64,000 nt of DNA from Scyliorhinus canicula (GCF_902713615.1 NW_024055458.1:62001-126000); one strand, 5' to 3'. Counted from the stretch's first letter, positions 1 to 10,857 are shown. Notes: generated from the sequence alone by a model not told the origin. Translations and numbers: made by a program.

Positions 1-336
1 ACAAAACAATTATTCCGATTAATGGGAAATACATTCCGGGTGTTAATACTGATGAAATGGACATTTCAATAGCAACGAATATCTAACACGATATTACCAC
101 ACCGACACAACCTCAGGGAATTCTATTTCGGAAAGCTTACTCTGTCGAAGGTTTTTGGCAGCGTCTCTGACTGCATTGCTCTTTTCTGTGTCTATGGCTG
201 TGATAATCTGTTTGTTTATCGGCTTCAGTGTTTGTCTGTGTGAGTAGATACGTTTCGGGATCTATCGTTGTGTTTCCTTGTCACTGGGTCTATGTTTGTG
301 TTGTTTCTGTGCTGCATACGAGGCTTCTGCTGATCA

Positions 337-504
337 GGGGCTGGGTTAGCTCACAAGGCTAAATCGCTGGCTTTTAAAGCAGACCAAGCAGGCCAGCAGC
401 ACGGTTCCTGTACCAGCGGCGCCGGAATGTGGCGACTAGGGGCTTTTCACAGTAACTTCATTGAAGCCGACTCGTGACAATAAGCGATTTTCATTTCATT
501 TCAT
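337..504 (+). mobile_element. tRNA-derived SINE (family 2, (TTTCA)n tail)
   Basis: GGGGCTGG..TAGC head, shared body ...GGAATGTGGCGACTAGGGGCTTTTCACAGTAACTTCATTGAAG..., TTTCA tail; same element recurs at 17.2, 19.4, 29.5 and 51.0 kb. Confidence 0.85.
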
Positions 505-876
505 CACGATAGGCGGACATAGTCACTTATTTTCGTCGTTCGCAGCTCAAACTAGTATGTGTCAAACATCTCCAGAACATTAGTAACTTTATGTGGACGC
601 ACGTTGCAAGCTATTTTAGTTTCTGGGCATATATCTGTACTATTGTATATCGCTATCCGTGTTGGTCTTACCCTGTGACCGTCTCCGCCTCCAACACCTT
701 CCGAGACCTAGTTCCAAAGTTGCTCAACCCTATGATAGAAAAAAATCTCATCTCTGTCCTAAATTATTAATGGCGTAAACGAGTGACTGAAAGCAGCAGT
801 TCAGCGGGACATCAGTGAAACCAGTGGAACAGAATCAGTGTTTGGAGTTGGGTGAATAATAATTCACGGTGCAACT

Positions 877-1052
877 GGGCGACACGGCGCACAATGGTTA
901 GCAGAGTGCCAGGGTCCCAGGTTCGATTCCCGGCTTGGGTCACTGTCTGTGCGAAGTCTGCACGTTCCCCCGTGTCTGCGTGGGTTTCCTCCTGGTGCTC
1001 CGGTTTTTTTGCACAAGTCCGAAAGACGTGCTGTTAGATAATTTGAACATTC
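877..1052 (+). mobile_element. HE1-like V-SINE, 5' part
   Basis: tRNA-like head with GGTTCGATTCC B box and GGGTTTCCTCC..GGTGCTCCGGTT V-SINE core; many copies in the window. Confidence 0.8.
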
Positions 1053-1206
1053 TGAATTGTGAGTTAAAACGAGAAAGAGGCAGACTGATTGATAATTTGT
1101 GACAGAGCAAAGCAATGAGAAGGACAGACAAACACATCAAGGATGGAATGTGATTGGTGACAGAAAGCTTTATTTAATCTTCAACTAACGGCCATTGGTC
1201 CACAGC

Positions 1207-1214
1207 TGACGTCA
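1207..1214 (+). promoter_or_regulatory. CRE motif (TGACGTCA) in V promoter
   Basis: Perfect palindromic CRE 128 bp upstream of the V1 ATG, with CCAAT boxes nearby. Confidence 0.6.
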
Positions 1215-1341
1215 TGTCTGAGAGATAAACCAATCGCGGGACTGAGAAACACCCCAATATTCCCAATAAGTGATCTTTGACATAAAACTCGAAACAACAA
1301 CATATTTCAAAGTGTCGCTATTTATTGTCCAATCAGGAACC

Positions 1342-1779
1342 ATGTGCTCCCTGTGTGCTTTACTTATGATAATGAGCTCGCTGACGGGTGAGTCTGAGAT
1401 CAAATCCTCAGTCTGTTTTTCATGGGTTATGTTTGCTCCCAGATTTCTGACACCTTCTATATGTTGTTACAGGAACCAGTGGCCAAGATTCCGTTTCCCA
1501 GCATCCGCCTGAATTAATGGTTCTGGAAGGACAGGCGGTAATATTGAACTGTAATTACACAACTAAAAGCAGTATATCAACTCTCTTCTGGTACATCCAG
1601 TATCCCGGGGAAACTCCGAGATATTTGCTGAGGATCTACGGAAAGGGACAGGGGGATACTTCTCCAGAGTTCCCAGACCGGTTTTCTGCTGATTTGGACA
1701 AAGTCAAGAAAACCGTTCCGTTAAATATCACCGGAGTCCGTGTCTCTGACTCAGCTGTGTATCTCTGTGCTCTGAACCC
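1342..1779 (+). CDS. TCR alpha/delta-type V gene V1, intact (leader 1342-1387, intron, V exon 1473-1779)
   Basis: Leader MCSLCALLMIMSSLT/G, GT-AG phase-1 intron, V exon TSGQDSVSQ..LNC..FWYIQ..DSAVYLCALNP, followed by an RSS. Confidence 0.95.
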
Positions 1780-1818
1780 CACACTGTTACAGAGACACAG
1801 TCAGTCCGTACAAAAACC
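1780..1818 (+). promoter_or_regulatory. 23-RSS of V1
   Basis: CACACTG + 23 bp + ACAAAAACC. Confidence 0.95.
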
Positions 1819-2267
1819 AACAAGGCATTCTCACCTCCTCTCACTGAATCAGATCTGTAACTTGGATTGTGAACTGTTAATATAACCAAAATCGCATCTA
1901 AACACCAGCTTGCCCGAACAATCCCTTTTAATGCTGCTGAATATGTGTAGGTCTATGTAAAATCCCATTATTTCGTAAGTTTAACTGTGACCGAACCACC
2001 CTCCGAATTGGATGCATCAGACCGTAGTTGATCAGTCGCTGAATTGCTTCAAGACAGGTGTCGACTGATTTGCGGATATAAAGGTAAGCAAGGAATTTGG
2101 GGATAGCGCAGTAACGTGATGTCAGGTGGATTAACGACTACCTTATTGAATGGCGGAATAGTTTCCAAGGATCGAAAGGCCCACTCGAAATCCACATTTT
2201 ATTCTCTTCTGTTCTCTCCAATTCACTGCTGTGAGAACAATTTCAATTGGTTCCGTGTGCATTTCTC

Positions 2268-2275
2268 TGACGTCA
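2268..2275 (+). promoter_or_regulatory. CRE motif, probable promoter of V2 pseudogene
   Basis: TGACGTCA with a reverse CCAAT downstream, about 300 bp before the V2 remnant. Confidence 0.45.
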
Positions 2276-2317
2276 TGTGCTGGCGAACAAAGGAGCTTTT
2301 CGCTGATTGGATGAATT

Positions 2318-2408
2318 AGAACATAGAACAGTACAGCACAGAACAGGCCCTTCGATGCTGTGCCGAGCAATGATCACCCTACTCAAGTCAACGTATCCAA
2401 CCTATACC
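2318..2408 (-). mobile_element. HE1-like SINE 3' tail running into the gap
   Basis: Reverse complement of ...GAAGGGCCTGTTCTGTGCTGTACTGTTCTATGTTCT tail. Confidence 0.8.
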
Positions 2409-2575
2409 NNNNNNNNNNNNNNNNNNNNNNNNNNNNNNNNNNNNNNNNNNNNNNNNNNNNNNNNNNNNNNNNNNNNNNNNNNNNNNNNNNNNNNNNNNNN
2501 NNNNNNNNNNNNNNNNNNNNNNNNNNNNNNNNNNNNNNNNNNNNNNNNNNNNNNNNNNNNNNNNNNNNNNNNNNN
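2409..2575. other. Assembly gap (167 N)
   Basis: Run of N. Confidence 1.
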
Positions 2576-2871
2576 AGTTTGAAGGAGAGTCGGTGACTAT
2601 TAACTACAGCTATTCGACGATAGCTGATTCATATTATTCACAGCTGTAACTCCGGGGCCGGTCTGAAGTACCCTCATTCTGCATCTATATTCCTAATTAT
2701 GGACATGTTTCCAGAGCAGTGGGTGTGGGGACTTGATTATCTACACCTCTCGACACTTCAAAAAGTAAGGGGAATTTCACCATCCGGGAGCTGAGGTTGT
2801 CTGACAGCGCAGTCTATTACTGCGGACTGAGAGACAGTGACAGCAACCAGAGGGAGCCTCGAACAAAAATA
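2576..2871 (+). pseudogene. TCR V pseudogene V2 with dead RSS
   Basis: Frame FEGESVTINYSY..*..*..SKGNFTIRELRLSDSAVYYCGLR; Cys23 changed to Tyr, stops at 2647 and 2734; RSS GACAGTG-23-ACAAAAATA (2833-2871) lacks the invariant CAC. Confidence 0.9.
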
Positions 2872-3099
2872 TTGGCGCAGTGATAAATGTGAGAGCGGGC
2901 ATAGGAAGGGGATCTGAACCTTTTAAACCCCAGAGATTGTCTGACTTCAAATAAATCTAAATCATTAAAAAGCCGAGAGAAACAGGTGCAGGTATTGGAA
3001 AGTGTTCATGAAAAATGTGACGATGTGTTTGGAGAATTTATAACCTGTACGTAAATTAAAGATATTGCTACATAATAATAATCTTTATGTGTGTCACAA

Positions 3100-3365
3100 G
3101 TCGGCCTACATTAACACTGCAATGAAGTTACCGTGAAAATCTCCCAGTCGCCACATTCCGGCGCTTGCTCACGTACACTGAGGGAGAATTTAGAATGCCC
3201 AATTCAGCTAACAGTACGTCTTTCGGGACTTGTGGGAGGAAACCGGAAGAAACCCACGCAGACACGGGGAGAACGTACAGACTCCGCAAAGACAGTGACA
3301 CAAGCCGGGAATCGAACACGAGTCCCTAGCACTGTGGAGCAACAGTGCTAACCGCTGTGCCTAAA
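3100..3365 (-). mobile_element. SINE (HE1-type head with family-2 tail)
   Basis: Reverse complement of the element at 4430-4738. Confidence 0.75.
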
Positions 3366-4429
3366 CGGACGGCAATGATGCACACATGCACGCACGCAGT
3401 TACAACAGACACACATACACACACAACATGCACTCTGTCACACAAACATACACACACACACACATAGACATGGAAACACAAAACAAACATTGGTAGACAG
3501 ACCATTATTGTAATCCAGTGATAGCTTTCGACATACATTTCATTGCAAATTACACAGTTATTAATAAGGCATGACTCAATGCAGATAATTATTTAATTGG
3601 ATCCAGCAATTTGTCAGAAAGAATGGCAAAGTGGTTCCAAACTAGTAGGACAATTCCTGGGGATTATGCGAGACACTGAATTCAGGGACTTTCTCCCTTC
3701 CCGTCATTGACGCTTTTTCAAGGTGAACAGTTTCAACTTTCTCTCATTGGGAAAAAAACCGAGATCATTTTTGATCCCCAAGAAAGCGTCTGATTTTCAA
3801 GCGAGTTCCCAATTTTGAAGGTCAGGCAGAAAATTGGACCTCAAGCCACAATCTGATCATTGGTCACCTTACTGAAGGTCCGAATGGTCAACTGATCTAC
3901 TTTCGATGCTTTTTCTTCCATTCTTAGTTTCATATCACGTATCGAGGACCAAGCGATGCTTAGAAAAAACAAGGATCTCAGGTTTCTTGTGTGGAACCAG
4001 GACTTCATTGTTTTTTAAGGACAAGCGCATTTACATTCTCTTTTAGGGGTCAGTCTATCACGTGGAAGGAGTGATGAGAGAAAGCCTATGTTATTGTGGT
4101 GTTAATTCCGGGGTTTCTGAGGAGACCAGCTTCTCACTGCCATTCTAACTGTCTACAGCCCAGGAGGGGTAAGAGGCAGGTAGTGCCCCGTGAGGTAACT
4201 GAAGAGGAAATTGTGGTAAATTACAAAAGTAGAAATGAAATATGAAGTGCCCCACAGGTTTGAGAAAAATGGGACTGTTAGACAAACAAGTAGAATCAGT
4301 GATATTTGAGAGAAATGATCAGTCGGAGAAAAATTAAGTTTTGAAGTGAGGGAAATATTTTCTGAGAGGAAAGATCATGTTGAGGAGTGGAAACAGAAGG
4401 ATCCTGAATTAGTCCCTCTTTAGTAGATT

Positions 4430-4738
4430 GGCAGCACGGTAGCACTGTGGGTAGCACTGTTGTTTCACAGCCCCAGAGTCCCGGGTTCGATTCCCGGCTC
4501 GGGTCACTGTCTGTGCGGTGTCTGCACGTTCTCCCCGTGTCTGTTGTGGGTTTCCTCCGGGTGCTCTAGTTTCCTCCCACAAGTCCCGAAAGACGTGCTG
4601 TTAGGTAATTTGGACATTCTGAATTATCCCTCCGTGTACCGGAACAGGCGCCGGAATGTGGCAACTTAGGGCTTTTCACAGTAACGTCATTGCAGTGTTC
4701 ATGTAAGCCTACTTTTGACAATAAAGATTATTATTATT
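4430..4738 (+). mobile_element. SINE (HE1-type head with family-2 tail)
   Basis: GGCAGCACGGTAGC head, V-SINE core, tail GTGACAATAA(TTA)n. Confidence 0.8.
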
Positions 4739-4747
4739 AGAAGTGAT

Positions 4748-5028
4748 CAGCTGGAGCAGAAATACAGGATTCCAGACCCATTGCTGACCCATCCGATGTC
4801 ACGAATGGACCATGTGCAGCAATGTCTCCGACAGCACAATCGTTTCAGAATGAGAGCAGCAAACGGAAACTGCTCCCTGGGACAGCGCCGACTCTAAACT
4901 AGTCACACTATGCGGCTGGTATCAGCTGCAGGCGCGACGAGTGGAGCGGAAATAGTGACTGTTGGATCTCTAGAGGCATGTGACCATCCTGCACCTGCTC
5001 ACTGCTCAAGTGAGTGAGAACAAATAGA
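4748..5028 (-). promoter_or_regulatory. Family-A V upstream module (orphan)
   Basis: Homologous to the ~280 bp directly upstream of the leaders at 7.7, 10.86 and 14.6 kb (GAGCAGGTGCAGGATGGTCAC..CTATTTCCGCTCC..CTGTATTTCTGCTC); truncated by the SINE. Confidence 0.65.
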
Positions 5029-5707
5029 GGGTGACTGGCATGCATCGCCCAGAATTATAGAAAATTAGGGAGCGCAATGAGCATCGGTTTACCGTGCACG
5101 TGCCTATTTGAAAATGCTGTCCCAATCGTCTTTCACATCCCACGTTTTTATTATTGTTTTCCCTTCCAGATTATGACAATCCCCTTTTGAAATTTGCCAT
5201 TCAATCTTCTTTCATCATTTTACGCGTTGTGTTCCAGATGTTAACAAGTCGGAATATTATGATTAAATACATGATTCTCTGCCATAGTTTGCCATGAAAT
5301 CGGGATCGTTTGTCATTGGATCTGCTGCCAATGGGAACAATAACAGACAATCTACGCTATCGAAAAGGCATATTTTTCAGTAAAACGATTGAGTCTTCCT
5401 TTGTTACAAGCAAATGAAGCCAACGTTCTTTTGCAATATTTGGTAATATTTAAATATATAACATCTACACTTTATCCAACGTCTAGCACTACTGCTCATT
5501 TGGCGTGCACAGGATTCGGAAAGAAACGGCCTGCAAAAAAAATCATCCATTTAGTGTCCCTTTCTGACATAGACATCAACATTCGTAAAAGCTGTTTCCT
5601 AGCAGATACAGTTTAGATTTCTGGGAAATTTTCGTGTCTTCTTGTGTATTTCAATACACCCTCGATCCATTCAGTGGCTGCATTCAAACAGGAATGAAAC
5701 TAATCCG

Positions 5708-5799
5708 GTACCAGAGGGCGCCACCTTCAAACATGGGGATGATGAAGTTCGGTGACGGCATTGTCAAAACCAATAGGTGTTGCGGTCAGAGTGATGTCA
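5708..5799 (+). promoter_or_regulatory. Family-B V promoter: CTCF-like motif (5708-5721) and decamer AGTGATGTCA (5790-5799)
   Basis: GTACCAGAGGGCGC matches 12/14 of CCASYAGRKGGCRS; decamer matches the TCR V promoter AGTGAYRTCA consensus. Confidence 0.65.
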
Positions 5800-5923
5800 C
5801 AGTGGGCCTGGCCCCCTGCAGTGTATGGGTAGAACAATTAGCTGAACAGAGCCCGGATTCCCTCTCCTCCCCTCAATCTCTGGCTCATTCCAGTCCCATT
5901 CACTCAGAAAGATTCAGTCAGAC

Positions 5924-6438
5924 ATGTTTTTGTTAATACTGGCGGCGTTGCTGGAGGGTAAGTAATGGATAATGTTCATCAAGCCAGATTAGCAGGTTAT
6001 AGATTGTAATAACATTTAATATAATCAACGATCAGAATAATCCAGATGATGAGTAGAGTTGCGTTTTCACAAACTGACACACATACAAACACATTTCGAT
6101 TAATTATGTTTAAACTATTGATGTTTCATTTCTCGACCTTCGCAGGCGGGCTAAGCACAAATCAAGTAACTCAATCACCGATGGCAAAAACCGTGTCAGA
6201 AGGGGGTTCGGTGCGGCTAGATTGTGAATATACAGACTCCAGTATGCAGTACATGCTATGGTATCAGCAGAAAGCGGCTCAGCCACCAATCTGGATAATT
6301 ACCAATGCATTAGCTCTGAAGGAAGATGAAGTTTCAGGACGATATCTGGCGGTTGCTGACAAGTCTAAACAGAACGGTTACCTCAATATCAGCGCCCTCA
6401 GTGTGGATGACGGGGCGGTCTATTACTGTGCAGTGAGG
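5924..6438 (+). CDS. TCR alpha/delta-type V gene V3 (family B), intact (leader 5924-5957, V exon 6146-6438)
   Basis: MFLLILAALLE/G, GT-AG intron, NQVTQSP..LDC..LWYQQ..DGAVYYCAVR. Confidence 0.95.
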
Positions 6439-6477
6439 CACAGCGTTAGAGAGCAGCTAGAGCCCCGTACAAAAACC
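6439..6477 (+). promoter_or_regulatory. 23-RSS of V3
   Basis: CACAGCG + 23 bp + ACAAAAACC. Confidence 0.95.
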
Positions 6478-7459
6478 TCAGCGAGTATTTGCAGCTCCAC
6501 TAAATCTGCTTTCCTGTTCCTGTCTGCGGGAATTGTTTAATCCCGGATTCACGAAGATAGCCAGGTCTATTTTCTCAGACAGTTATATTGGTGTCTCTGC
6601 TCTTCTGCAGGTGAACAGATGAGCAATTTGGAAATCACGCGACTCATTTCCATGCCGCAATGTACATGGTAAATTAAAACGTGGAATACCCGGCTACCAG
6701 CAGCGGTAATAACAGCTCTCAGATGTGGAAATAATGTAGCCGGAAATTGTAGCTTGCTCTTCCAGAACCGTTAACTCAGATGAGCCCAATCCCACTGAGC
6801 CTGCCCCTGGAATAAAACAGAGACTGTCAATCTCTGCTGTTGTATTTAACACAGGAAACTCAGAATACGAATTACAACAGAACACCACAGAGCAACATGA
6901 TTATTATTATTATGTAGGACCATGGTGTCTGCTTTAGGCTTCATTAGGGAGTCATTCAGATACGGGACTTGCTTCAGTGAGGCGCGGCTCACGGTGAGCG
7001 CTAAATCTATCAGGAGTCATGAACGCCCGGGACCGCCACAGCCTTGTACTTGTCGCGTCCTTACAGATTTTTGCTGCACTGTCACGGGGTGGGGGTGTGG
7101 GGGTCCAATATTACTGACGTTGCCTTTCACCCGAGTGCCGCTGGCAATCAGAGGATTGGCCGTCTCTGCTGAAATGAACAGAGCCTGTTCTGATCGTCAG
7201 TACCCCGATCCTGCTGCTACATTAAGCTGTGTACACTATTGTAGATCCTACCTCTTCATGCGGTCAGACAGCTGTGCTGATCCTCGGTCGATTACAAGAT
7301 ATACTGATGTACATGTATTTATTTCTCTGTATGTGAGTCATAGTAAGATCATCTATACCTTTCTGCTGCGCAGTTTCCCTCCCATCAGATGAAACATGAA
7401 CGGTGCAGGCTGCTGACTGTATCGCTCAGGATCTATTGTATTGACTGAACTGTGGTGTG

Positions 7460-7735
7460 ACACCACTGTCCTCTTTAACCCTTATTTCAACCTCCCCGCT
7501 ATCCCCTGGGTCCTGGTAACTCCAGACTGACAGAAACCAACATAAAAAATAAAATTCAGCATCAGCCTCATATTGACCAACATAACAGCCCCCCCCCCCC
7601 TTCATCATCATCATTATTATTTAATTAACAGTGATATCAGGTTACACAGTGAGGGGAGAATGGGGAGTTTGCAGTGAAGGAAATACCGAGAAGTGAGATG
7701 ATGATGAGGAGAGCTGAGAGGCGATTCCCGCGATA
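7460..7735 (-). pseudogene. Family-A V pseudogene, 5' half only
   Basis: Leader-like NRLSALLIIISLL/G without ATG (donor at 7686), acceptor at 7527, exon WSYQDPGDSGEVEIRVKEDSGVT homologous to WSHQDSVEQKELEITVKEESEVT of V6, then lost. Confidence 0.8.
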
Positions 7736-7764
7736 ATTCCTGAATTTGTTGCTCTCAGGAAATT

Positions 7765-8035
7765 ACCTGTCAGAGCAGAAATACAGATTCAGGAGCCAAT
7801 GCACGGCTGCTCAAACCAATGACAGGAATCGAGCAGCGACAGCAATGTCTAGAATATCACAATGGTGCTTGAGCGAGAGAAACAAAAGGAAACTGTGACC
7901 GGGGACACCGCAGATTCAAAGCTGATACAAAATGTGCGGCGGTTATCAGCTGCAGTCGCAAGTGAGGGAGGGGAAATAGTGACAGTTGACCATCCTGCAC
8001 CTGCTCACTGCTCAAGTCACTGAGAACAATATAGA
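7765..8035 (-). promoter_or_regulatory. Family-A V upstream module
   Basis: Same module as at 10.9 and 14.3 kb, directly upstream of the pseudogene leader. Confidence 0.65.
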
Positions 8036-8099
8036 GGGAAGACACTTCCCTGCGGCGAGAAGGGATCTGATACAACTGACCCTCCCTGTCTCTATTTCG

Positions 8100-8422
8100 T
8101 ACAATCATAGAATCTACAGTGCAGAAGCAGGCCACCCGGCCCATCGAGTTCGCAATAGCCCCCGGAAAAAGCATTCCACCCAAGCCCACACCTCCACCTC
8201 ATCCCCTCAACCTAACACAACCTTTGAGGGCATTTAGCATGGCTAATGCACCTAACCTGCACATCTTTGAATTCTGGGGGAAACCAGAGCACCGGAAGAA
8301 ACCGACGCAGACACGGGGAGAACTTGCAGACTCCGCACAGACAGTGACCCAGCCACGAATATAACCTGGGACCCTGGAGCTGTGAATCCATTGTGCTAAT
8401 CACTGTGCTACAATGCCGCCCA
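8100..8422 (-). mobile_element. HE1-like SINE
   Basis: Reverse complement of head, V core and ATTCTATGATT tail. Confidence 0.8.
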
Positions 8423-8427
8423 CATGC

Positions 8428-8490
8428 GTACACGACGCTGTCGGAAATCATTGTGCTCCTGATCGTTAGCTCGGTAGTCTTTTCCTTTAA
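8428..8490 (-). pseudogene. Family-A V FR3 fragment
   Basis: KEKTTELTIRSTMISDSVVY versus KNKTTELRISNTMISDSAVY in V6; cut by the SINE before Cys104. Confidence 0.7.
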
Positions 8491-8696
8491 ATATTTGACA
8501 TACCCAGGATTGATACAGAAGATTCCAGCGATGGTTTCCCGAGATTTAGCATACTTTTCAGGCATAAACATCAACAGTAACAACGACAGTATCTAAACAG
8601 CTCCAATTTAGATTGCTGGGTTGCATTCGAATCTTGGTACGTTTTGCAGCAAACTCTGAACCCACTCAACAGGAAAATTAGATTTAACAGAATTTG

Positions 8697-8885
8697 CCAG
8701 CAGAGGGCGCCGAATTCAAGCACGGGCGTCACAAACACACGTGGTGTTTTCTCTAAAGCCTGTATGGCTGGGAGACCAGTCGGTAAACAATAGCGTCCCC
8801 TACACTCTAACCCCTCCACCCTGGAATGAGCGGAACAGAATCCGGGCTCCCTCTCTCCTGTAAGGCTGGGAGACCAGTGAGGTCA
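8697..8885 (+). promoter_or_regulatory. Family-B promoter: perfect CTCF motif (8697-8710) and decamer-like AGTGAGGTCA (8876-8885)
   Basis: CCAGCAGAGGGCGC is 14/14 to the consensus; includes a 98-bp tandem duplication. Confidence 0.7.
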
Positions 8886-8988
8886 CAATAGACTCCCGCG
8901 ACACTCTAACCCCTCCCCCTCGCAATGAGTTGAGCAGATCCCGGGCTCCCTCTCTCCATTGGAATCTCTGCGAGAGATTCAGTCTGAC

Positions 8989-9022
8989 ATGTTTCTGATA
9001 ATACTGGCGGCGCTGTGGCACG
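8989..9022 (+). pseudogene. Orphan family-B leader exon
   Basis: ATG TTT CTG ATA ATA CTG GCG GCG CTG TGG CAC G/GT (MFLIILAALWH); no V exon follows, only repeat fragments. Confidence 0.8.
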
Positions 9023-9249
9023 GTATGGCCTGGATAGTAACCATCGAGGCAGATGAGCATATTAAAACAGATCGAGGGAGAAGGGAGCTAACGTTTCGAG
9101 TCTGTGTGACTCTTTGTCAAAGCTGAGAATTCGGATGTTGAGTTGATTAAGGATTTACATACGGAGCCACAAATATGTCCCAGAAATCTAAACTACAGCT
9201 TTTTAGACACTGTCTTCCTTAATGTTGATATTTATGTCAGAAAATGATG

Positions 9250-9900
9250 AGGGGCACAGATCGGGTACATAGGAAGGAACTTACAAGATGGGCCAATAAC
9301 CAGGGTGCAGAGATTTAAGTTCAGGGGCAGGATTTAGAGGAGATTTGAGGAAACAATTTTACCCAGATGGTGATGGGAATCTGGAACTCACTGCGTGAAG
9401 GGGTGGTAGAGGCAGGAAGGCTCATAACATTTAAGAAGCATTTCAATAAGCACTTCAAACGCCAGAGCATACAAGGCTATGGGCCAACTGCTGGATAATT
9501 GAATTAGGATAGAAAGGTGCTTGATGGCCAGCGCATGCACACTGGGCCGGAGGGCCTCTTTTTGAGCTGTAAAGCCGTATGGCTCGATGACTCTAAGTGG
9601 AAAGGTGAAGAGGTCTAGGGAGGAAATTCCAGAGCGTTGTGTCCAGCTGAAGGCACGGCCAGCGATGATGCAGTGATTAAAGTCGGTAGGTGAAGGCAGT
9701 GAGTTCCAGACCCCCACCACCGGCTGGATGACAACGTTTTTCCTCAAAATCCTCGAAATCGCCTACTCCTTATCTTTAATCTACGCCCATTGGTTATAGA
9801 CACCTCTACTAAGGTGAAAAGGTTCTTCCTATCTACCCTACATATGTCCCTCATTGGAAGGACAGTCATTGTTCCTTTGAAATTCTCCTTATAACCAAAC
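9250..9900. mobile_element. CR1-type LINE 3' fragments (9250-9570 plus, 9590-9900 minus)
   Basis: Typical CR1 3' end (..GGGAATCTGGAACTCACTG..GGTGGTAGAGGCAGGA..; ORF remnant RKNVVIQPVVGVWNSLP). Confidence 0.7.
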
Positions 9901-10314
9901 TCTTTGACCAAACTTGTGATCATATAACCGAATAAGTCCATAGTACCTCTGACACTCCTTGGGAGATTTTATTGTGTGAAAACCTCGACAGTGATATAAG
10001 TTGCTGCATTTATTGTCACTCAGTGAGACCTGATAGGTTACTGAGTGAGGGAGTCTGTATAGTTTACTGAGTGAGTGAGTCTGTACACCAGGATATGAAC
10101 AAGAAGCAGGAGTTAAGGTATCGCAGATTGATTCATCAATACAATATCTGTTATGAATGCGAGTTGCAATCATAAACTGGTATAACTGTGCAGGTGGATC
10201 TCACTATTTATGTTTCTGAGAGTTGAGTTTTGTTATAATTGTTGCTGCGCTCACTGTGGAAAGTGAACAATATGGGGGGGGGGTGCTGAGCAGTAGCTTG
10301 AACTGCCAGTCTGG

Positions 10315-10354
10315 GGTTTTTGTACAGAATTCACTATATCTCTGTAGCAATGTG
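10315..10354 (-). promoter_or_regulatory. RSS of V6 (24 bp spacer)
   Basis: Minus strand CACATTG + 24 bp + ACAAAAACC. Confidence 0.9.
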
Positions 10355-10857
10355 GGCTGCATGGCACAGAAATACACGGCGCTGTCGGAGATCATTGTGT
10401 TACTGATTCTTAGCTCGGTAGTCTTGTTCTTTTTATCAAACGTAGAAGAAAACCGATGGCTGAGTTCGGTGTTCCTTTGCACCGTCAGCCCAATAATTCG
10501 AAGCATGTAGATTGGAGCTTTCCCGGGCTGCCTACTGTACCAGTACACATAAGGGTTAGGAGAATTTGTTTGCAAGGTGCAGGTTAATGTGACTTCACTT
10601 TCCTCTTTAACCGTTATTTCAAGTTCCTTTTGTTCCACGGAGTCTTGGTGGCTCCATTCTAACAGAAGTAACAGCGATAATGACAATCAGAGTCAGCCTC
10701 ATATTAAACAATAAAATAATCAGCAAAAGAATCTCTCATTTTACCAAAAATAACATCTGGGCTACAGCAGTCAGGAAGGGACTGGAGTGTTACTGGGATG
10801 GAAGTACTTACTGAGAAGTGAGATAATGACGAGGAGCGAAGCGAGACGGCTGCTCAT
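10355..10857 (-). CDS. TCR V gene V6 (family A), intact (leader 10857-10812, V exon 10658-10355)
   Basis: MSSRLASLLVIISLL/K, GT-AG intron, WSHQDSVEQ..LTC..YWYSRQ..DSAVYFCAMQP. Confidence 0.95.

Noticed and set aside
150-190. Possible minus-strand RSS (GGTTTTTGG ... TTCTGTG)
   Set aside because: Spacing would be 25 bp, the heptamer is poor and no V-like frame is adjacent.
7066-7099. RSS-like GATTTTTGC..GGGTGTG for the 7.5 kb pseudogene
   Set aside because: 18-bp spacing and a poor heptamer; the region is the paralogous V3 3' flank.
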